Shown here one piece after another: positions 1 to 9,000 of a DNA stretch of 64,000 nucleotides (position 1 is the first letter of the stretch; each line of letters begins with the position of its first letter). The notes below the pieces were generated by a model that was given only the letters and a program-made list of their open reading frames with translations, made no database searches and was not told where the DNA came from. A program made the position numbers and the translations under genes. Source of the stretch: Chloropicon primus (Eukaryota); contig CP060770.1 in assembly GCA_023205875.1 (NCBI GenBank), positions 62,001-126,000 on the forward strand, in the 5' to 3' direction.

Positions 1-3000
1 AGTCTCCTTGTAGTAAGTCGGGCTCTGTGGCCTGAAAGTTATGGCGACCTCCTGCCTCTCCCCCGGAGAGAGGCACAAGGTGGAGATGTTCACGTCCAGG
101 TATTCCAAGCCCTCAAAGTCAAGATCGATGGACACGTCCCTCTCGTCCTGGTTCACGATCACAAGATTGGCCTGCTCGAGCTTCATTCCATCCTGATAGA
201 TGAAGCACGGACCAAAGTCGTGACTGGTGAAGCTGAAGTCCAACCTCGGCTTGTAACCCACACCAGAAAGCCTCATCTCGTACGAGTCCCCATTCACGAT
301 ACTGCACACAACCGGAAGGCTGTCCAAGAACAAGGGCTTGTGGGGATTGAAGGCGACCTCGAGGTTGACCTTCTCCCCCTTGGCAACGGTGCCCGAATCG
401 GGGTGGACTGAGACGTACTGCATTCCTCTGCCCATGTACGAGTTCTGGGGACCATCCCCAACGTTGAACATGTAGGTGAAGTTGACGTCGCCCGTGTTCA
501 CGAGCGTCAGGGTCTTGAAGGCCTTCTCATTAATGAGAACCTGGCCAAAGTCGACGTAGTTGACGGTGTTGCTCGCCAGCTCAATCTGCGCGTGCATGTC
601 CCCAGACTGCTCCAACAGGAGTGAGCTATGGACGCTGTACCCCTCGCCCTTCAAGTTCAGGTTGAGCTTCGTAGGCTTCTTGCGAACCGTGCACGTTACG
701 TTGTAGTTGCTCAGCTTCTCCTTCTTCGGAATGTAAATAATCTTCACAGGAAGGGAGGAGTTCGGCTGGACGCTTCCGCTAGAAGGCTCGAACTGAAGAA
801 TTGCTTCCTCGGCCGAGTCCTTGTAGCTCGAGGCGTCCAGGTTGAAAGCAAACGGAATGTGCTCGCTGTTGACGAGGTTGACCACCTCGTTCACCCTCGT
901 GCCCGTGAGCACCTTTCCAAAATGAATGTTCTGCCTGTCGAACATCACCCTTGGCTCACTCACAACGCCGAACAGCAGGAACTGCTCGGAGATGTCGTGC
1001 CTGGGGATGGAGAACGTCCACCAAGACTCGGAGGCCTTTATCGCATCTGGGATGAACTCAAAGACCATCTCGAATTTCTTTCCTGGCTGGATCTCTCCCT
1101 TTCGGGTCAAGCACCTGAAGGAGCTCGACCTATCCTTGGCGTTCTGGGAGGGGTCCTGGTCCCACCTGAACTCGTAGGAAACGTTCGTCGGGTTGTAGAC
1201 GTTAAAGCGCCTGGTGTTCTTGACCTTGATGCCCAAGCTCTCGAACTCTATGACCCTGACCGAGTCGTTCAAATTCGCCAAATCCTCTCTCTTGTGCTGC
1301 AAGGACTGGATGTCGACCTCAGGAAGGTTGAAGTGGCACCACGGCCTCGTGGCTTTGCCGGTCAGCTTCCTCTGAATGGGTTCAAAGCCTTCCTCCAGGT
1401 TCGGAATGGCGCAGACCAGCATCCTGGCATAATCTGATTCATCGATCTCCTTGGGCGAGAACCTGACAGAGATGGTATGCTCCTGGCCCTCCTCGATCGT
1501 GCCGCTGGTCGGCGTCACCGTGTAAGGGTTCTCGTCCTCGCTGCCAGGAGAGCCGCCCGTAACTTCCCAGCTGTACGGCATCGCAGCAGTCGAAGTGTTC
1601 TTCAGAGAGAACGAGTAGACTCTCGACTGGAACATCATGGTCGATTTGAAGTTGATCGGTCCCGCGTCACACTCTGGCTTGGCGTTGTCAGCGACGGCGA
1701 AGATCTTGAGCGCGATGGCCCCTTCGCTCTGAGAGATCGTCTCAAAGGCGGGCTCCTCCTTCTCTTCGACGGTGATGGAGTTGTCCCAGCTTCCCGCCTC
1801 CGTGCTGGAATTGGAGTCCAAGTACTTGATCTCGGAGACGGACAAGGCGATCTCGTGAGCGTCGAGCTTCATGGCCGCCTTGGGAGTCAGCGACAGAACG
1901 ATGTCCTTCCGCTCTCCAGGCTCCAGGTGGCCCATCGACGGACTGAACGTGATGCCATGGTTCTCCCTCTCGTCAGCTTCTCCTTCAGCGAGGCAACGGT
2001 AGACCTCTGGGAACTCAAACCTAACCCTCTGCTGAGCGTGGGAAATCACGCTAAAGATGGTCTCGTACGGCTGCCCAGAGAGAGGCAGGTCAGGAACGTG
2101 AATCTCGTCCTCCGTGTTGCCCGGCAGATTCTCGAAAGACAGGGACTGCGTGTAGCACTCGCCCTGGAGCGCGATGATCTGAGAATCGAATGGATTCTTC
2201 TGCACCTCGAACTTGATGTTGCGAGAAAAGTTCTTCGCTTCCTTCGGAGCGAACTCCACGGTGAAACCAACAGATTGCTTTGGCTTCATCTCGATCCACT
2301 TTCCTTCGCTCAAGCCCGCGGAGGAAAGGTGGAAGGTGTCCTCCTCGTCCTCCTGCATCATCTCGAACCTGAACTTGGCGGGAATCATGCCGGTGTTCTT
2401 CATCACGATAGACTTTTGCGCCACGCGGCAAGGGAGGATCCTTGGGAACAACACCGTCGGGAGAGTGAATGGCGCCCCGCCGGAAGAGAGCTTCGTTCCC
2501 TCCACGACGATGTGTGGAAGGGTTCCCTCCCCACGGACGTCGCACGTGAAGCACCTCGTCACCCCGTCGATTCCCTTGTCCACCACAGCCTCAAAGGTGG
2601 ACAGGAACGTTCCGATGGACTTTGGGTTGAACGTCAAAGTCACGTACCTGTGCTCGTGAGCAGGGATGTAGGCCTCGGATGGCGAAAGGGTGATGGGCGA
2701 CTCCGAAGAGGCGTCCCCCGTCTGGCGAGCCTTGAGAGAGTACGCCACGCTGCAAGGGACCTTGGTCGGGTTCGTTATCTTGAGGTTTGCCACCGCGACG
2801 TGCATGTCATCCATGTCGCCGTCCACGGCATCAAGACTAGCAACCACGGGCCCAAAGTTGAACTCCCTGTCCGCGATCGAGTAGTTGAAGGTCGGTGTCT
2901 GGTTCGCGCTCTCGAACTCGAGCGGCGCAAAGTGATCGACTGAGGCAACGACGAGGTGCTCCTCGAAGATCGACTGCACGTCCTGAGTCTCGATACCAGG

Positions 3001-6000
3001 AATGCAGCTCTCGCCCTTGATCTCGTAAGGGATGCCACCGGGGCTGTCCGAAGGATCCCTGCCCTGGATGTTCATCCCCAGGATTTCGCAGAAGGTTCGC
3101 TCTCCCTCCGCCTTGAACGTCACGGTAACGCTAGCGCTCTCGCCAGGCTTCACGTTGCCGGTGGTTGGGCTGACGTTGAAGTTGCCCACGGCCAAGTCAC
3201 CGCCCTTGGCAGCATTCTTGGCGCTCTCCTCCTCGTCGTCGCTTCCCGTTCTGTACGGAACGATGTCAAAGTCGAAGTCAAACTCGCCCTTGTTCAAGAT
3301 CTCGAAAGTCTTCGGTTCGCTGTCCGTGTCGTAGACGTGGGGCCCGAAGTTCAAGCCGTTGGCCGGACGCAAGACGTACTTGCTGAAGACGGCGTCCACG
3401 TCCACCCTAACGGGTATCGTGTGCTCAGTTTTCTCGGTCAGCGTCTCCAAGATTTCGATGGCAATGTAGGAGTTGGTGTGCAGCTTCATCTCCTGCTTCA
3501 GGCTCGCGGTCGGGTTGAACTTGGCCGTGAAGGTCGTGCTCGCCCCTGGAGCAATCTTGCCCTCCTTGGGCTCGAACTCGAAGAGATCCCTGGCCTTTGC
3601 GGTCCTGGACATGACGTTGTAACCAATCTCGTACTTGCCCTTGTTCTGAATGGTCACGGGCTTGCTGCAAGGGTTCTCCGCCCGGATGAGTCCATAGTCA
3701 AGCCCCTTCTGCGCTTCCTCTCCCTTGGATTCGAACGAGACGTCCACCTCGATCTCGTACGCTTCGGTGGTGATCTCGATGTCAACTTTCTGGTCCACCT
3801 CTTCGCTTATGGTGACCCTTGGTCCGTCCACTACGATGTGCCTGACCTCCATCACCAGTGCCTGCACGAACTCTCCCGTGTTGATGGCGTTGAAGCCCAC
3901 GATGATCTCGTCCACCTTTTCTGGTTCGATCGTGCCCTCCATGTGACTGAGGCTCAGGCCGTTGGCCAGGGCCTCTGACTCCGAGAGCTTCCACGAGATG
4001 GGCATCATCGTCGGGTTCTTGACCAGAATCTTCCTGTCATCCCTGTGCCCAAGAAGCAGGCGCCCGAAATCAACTTTGCAAGCCTCCGTCGGGGTGGAGG
4101 TGTCCTCCTCTTCCTTGGGCTCGCCCTCGGTCATCTCTGGCTTCTCCTCGGAGACCACGACGTAAGGCTTGGCCCCCAGGCAAGAAATCGCGAACTCAAC
4201 AGGCTGTGGGTTCTTGTCGATCACGCAGACAAGGCTGTCCTCGTACTTGTCGACCTCGCCGGGGAAGGCGTACACGCTCAGGTCCGTCGTCTCATCCCGG
4301 GAGAGGTGCAACTTGTCCGGTTTCAGGCTGAAGATGCTGCTAGGCTTGCCTCCATCCATTGCGCTCTTGAACTTAAAGTCCACATCCAGGTCAAACAGAC
4401 CGCAGTTTGTGATTCTGAACTTTCCACAGTGGTTCTGCTGGGTGGCGTCCCCCTCGCCGTCCTCTTCCTTCAGGGTCCTTCCGCAGATCAATGGACCGAA
4501 CTCGAAGGCCTGCTCGCTGACAACGTATTGCTTGTTGACGACCGGCAAAATCCTGTCGTTCGCGCCCTTCTTGGTGTGGGTCTTGACCTTCTGGTAGAAA
4601 ACGTTCCTGTAGTCCTGGCTGATCTGGGGATAAGCGCAAGTAGACTGACAGACCAGGGCAGAGAAGTTGGAGGGTATGCCGAAGGCTGCGATCTCGAACC
4701 CAAGGGTCTCGGTGAAGGACCCGACCTCGTCCGAGTTGAACTTGACCTTGAGCTTCACCGACCCTCTGGCCGGGATGAGCCACCTGCCCGAAGCAGGCTC
4801 CAGGACGACCTCCTTCTCCTCTTCCTCCTTGCCTTCTTCTGCTTCCACCTCCTTTTGGATGAAGAGCTTGTGGTGCAGAACCGGGTTCCTGATCCCACGC
4901 ATCACTGGTATGGACACGAGCTGCTGAGTGTAAGCCTCGGCAACCATCAACGAATCGGATTCCACTTGCGGCAAGGTCGTCAGGAGCTTGCCCATGTCCC
5001 ATCTGAAGCCGATGATGTCGTCAAACAGCGCATCCTTGTCCAGGTACCCATCTCTGACGTGCAACGAGACCATTCCATACTCGGAAGTGTCTTGCATCTC
5101 CCCTTCCTCCTCGCCTGTGAGAACGGAGAGGAACATGGACCGGTGCTCTTCATACTTGATGAATTGCGGCTCGGCTTCTTCCTCCTCTTCGTTCTCGTCG
5201 CCGCCCTCTCCCTCGGCCTTCTTAGGCTCCTCTGCCTCGGCCTTCTCCTCCTCTTGGGCCTCCGCAGGGGGTTCGCCTTCTACTTCGGCGTTCTCCGATC
5301 CGTCCTCCGAAGCCTCCACAACTGGAGGGGGAATTCCGTTGTCATTCAGCTTCAGCACGTTGATGAACAGCTTGTCAGAGCCCTTGTACTTCAGGGCCTC
5401 CGCATTGTCTGCCTCTTTCTCCCTCTCCAGCTTCAAGGCTTTCAGCACCAAGTTGAGGCACTCCTTCTGGTCCTCCATCTTGGAGCCCTGGAGTCCGTTA
5501 AGGATGAATCCGGAAGCGTACGAAGTGGCGGCCAATTCGAGAGCCTCTCCGTACTGGCCCTCCTCGCTCTCGGGGGAATCTTGGGCGTCCTTGCTCTTCT
5601 TGTCCGGCGTCTTCTTCTTCCCCTTATCGGCCTTGTCGGGCGTCTTCTTCTTCCCCTTGTCGGCCTTGTCAGGCGTCTTCTTCTTCCCTTCGTCTTCCTC
5701 CTGCTCCTGGTCTGCGTTCTTCTCCGCTTCCTCTTTCAACTTCTTCATGGCTTCAAGACCCTCCGTGAGAAGCTGGTCGATTCCAACAACAGGGAGCTGG
5801 TACCTTTGAGAGAGGAGATCGCACTGGTCCTGGCAGCAAGCCTGAGAGCCTTCACACTCTGCGGAACTGACAAGGACGTACAGCTTTGGAGCCGGCTCTG
5901 GCTCCGGCTCGACTGGCTCCAAATCGCCAACGGCTTCGCCTTCTTCCTTGCCTTCCTGCGAGGGTTCTGGCTCCGCTTCCTTCTTCGCGGCTGGATCCTC

Positions 6001-9000
6001 GTTCTCCTCGGCCTCCTTTGCCTTTTGCTTCTCCGTGTGCTCTTCCACCATCTCCTCCCACAGCTTTTGACCTGGGTACCTTGGTTCCAACAGGATCTGG
6101 GAATCTTGCTCGAACCTGGAGTACTCTCTCATGACCTCCTCGTCGATCAGGTACTGCTTGTCAACGTCCAAGGCAATGACCTCGACGTCATGGTCGCAGT
6201 TGTTCACGACCTCGAAATCCGCTTCGAGCTCCAATTGCTCGGTCGCGGTATCCTCCGTGGTACTCGGCAGGCAGGCCCCGAGGTTGATGTATGGCGGCTC
6301 AATCGCCATCTGCAGCGTGTATCCCACCGCCTTGCAGACCAAGTTCGTGCCTTTTTTGTTTCGAACGATCTTCAAGGGCAGCTTTATCTCGTACTTGCCG
6401 TCCTTGTTGTGCTCTGGCGTGAACGTCACGGTAACCATCTGAGTCTCCCCTGGGTTCAGGATGCCTTGCGTCGGCTTCAAGATGAAGTTCTCCCACTCTG
6501 GCGTCACGTTTCTGGGCTTGGAGAGCTTCCAGTTGCACGGCACTTCCTTGGGATTGTAGAAGGCCACGGTGATGGTCTTGGCATGCCCGGACTGCACGTC
6601 CCCAAAGTCCAAAACGTTTCTGGACACCTGGAGCTCTGGCATCGTGATCAGTGCACGAAGGTGAATAACGATGTTAGGACCCTTCCTAACATCAAGAGGC
6701 AAGTCGTACTCGAGCTTCCCGAGGTGAACCACGTCCGCCTTTGCGTTCAGTGTGATACTGATGTCCTCCACGCCAAAATCGTACGCTCCCGGAAGCCTTA
6801 TCACGTATTTGGGTTCCATCGAGAACCCCACGCTTTCCAAAGCATATCTGTCTATGCCAAAAGTAATCGGTGTACTGGAGATGTTCTCCAGCTTGAAGTT
6901 CTTTGTCTTCGTCGTGCCCTTGACCACGTAGCCGAAATCGAGGACGTAGTGGGAGACCGCGGGAGGGTTCCTCTTCAGAATCGTCTTGATGTTCTTCCTC
7001 GGCAGGCTCCTAGAATCAACACTTGCTTCTGACTCCTCTGGAGTGAGATACAGGAGATTCATGAGGTCTTCGCAAAGCAAAACCCTGTCCGCCTCTGCCT
7101 GCACTTCTATGTCCGAAGGATTGTACTGACCGTCGCTCCTTGCCATGATGGTGCCAATCTCTGACGCTCCGAGGCTCGTCGGCACCCGCGCAGCTGTGTT
7201 GGGCACCGACATGCTAGACCTGCCGGCGGACTGCAGCGATGCCTCTGACTTGAAGACGGACTGGGAGACACCCTGGAACGCCTTCGCCGCGAAAACTGCG
7301 GGGGGTCCCGCATTCTGAAGCCTCTCCCGGCACTGACTCAGAGCGTTCGTGAACGCTTCGCTTGGGAGCCTCTGGAGGTCCAGCACACCGTAAGGGTAAA
7401 TGCCATCAATCTGGACGCTGATTTTCTCTGGCTCAAAGTGAGCGATGCACAGCTTGAAGAACTCGTCGATTCTGTCCGGAATGCCAGCACTAATTTTGAG
7501 CTGCAACACCTGCTTCTGAGCGTGCTGCAAGTAGCCAGACATGGGATACGCTTCAACAATTCCATACCTGCTGAGAGTGTCGAGATCGATGTGGTACTCG
7601 AACGGCACCCTCCCCGTGTTCTGAAGGAGAAGATCAGTCTCAAACACCTTGTCATAAAGTTGAGGACCCAGATCGATGACTTTGGGCTCAACCGTGTACT
7701 TGATAACGCTCGAGTCGGCCGTGATGGGAATCTCGTACGTCGGACCGCCCATGACCTCGCAAACCGCAGTCGCGGAAGCCCGAGTCCCTTGCTGCGCGAA
7801 GAAGGTGAACTCGATGTTGCACTTCTCTCCCGCAGGGACGACTCCGCTCGTGGGCAAGATGTCAAAGCTCTGATCGCTCATACCCTTTGACCCTTGGTCG
7901 TTGAGACGGAGCCACCAGTTGAAGTTGGCGTCCACCTTGCTCATGTTCGTGACCTCCACGTGCTCCCTTGCGAGGGTGTCGTTCAAGATGCAGCCAAAGT
8001 CGACGCGGCCGACGTTGAAGCTCAGGTTTGGATAGTTCACCTCCGCCCGCAGGTGCAGCACGTCCTTGTGAGGGTTATCGGGGTAGCTCACCAGAATTTG
8101 GTTCGAGAACTCCTCAGAAGTCTGCACAGAAGCCACCTTTGACATGTCAAACATGATGTCCACGCTCATCTCTTCGTTGGGCTGCAGCGTCCAATCGGGC
8201 TGCGTCACAACAAACGGCAGCGCTGTCTTCATGTTGAACGTCACCGCAAGCTTGGAGATGTTCTTGACCTTAAGGGTCTCCACAAGGGACTTTGGTGGCT
8301 CTACCTCCTCCTCAGAGAAAGAGTAGCAGAAGTAGAAGTCGTCCGCAGAAAACTCCAGCAGGGGGTGCGCGACGTCAGCAGACACGAGGACGTCGAACAA
8401 GGGCTTCACGGTCTTTCCGGCGAGGACCTCGCACGTCAGGTACTCTTCGACCAAGCCTGGCTGCGGCGACATTCCACTCACGGTGAAAGTGCACGCCGTC
8501 TTCGGAGGTATCTTGATACGATCGGGAGTCACCGTAAACATCGGTTCCCTCTCCTCTGCCATGGCGTCGATCCCAGACTTCATGCTGTTGATTGCCGCAA
8601 GCGCAAGCATCGCTGAGTTCATGCTCGCGTTGTTGGACTTGAAGCCCGCTGCTGCTGTCTGCTTCCCCTTGTCTTGCATCGAGGGCACAGCCGAGAGCAG
8701 CTCGAGGTTTTGCCTCCACTGGATGTTTTGGGACCTCCTTCCCATGTTCTGGAGAACCACCTCCATTGTGAACTTGCTGTTCGTGAGCTGGCTGCCAAAC
8801 TCGAGTTTGGTGTTCACGGCATCAATGTCTGCCACCATGTTGCTCTCAAGCTCCTCGCACCTAATCGTCGTTCCGGTTCCGGAAGCACTCAAGGGAATGC
8901 AAACGTCGTCTCCCTCGAGGATTAGCACGTGCAGCTCGTCCAAGAACTTCATTGTCTCGTCCACGTGGACCGTGACGGTGAGCATGCAACTCTCCTGCGG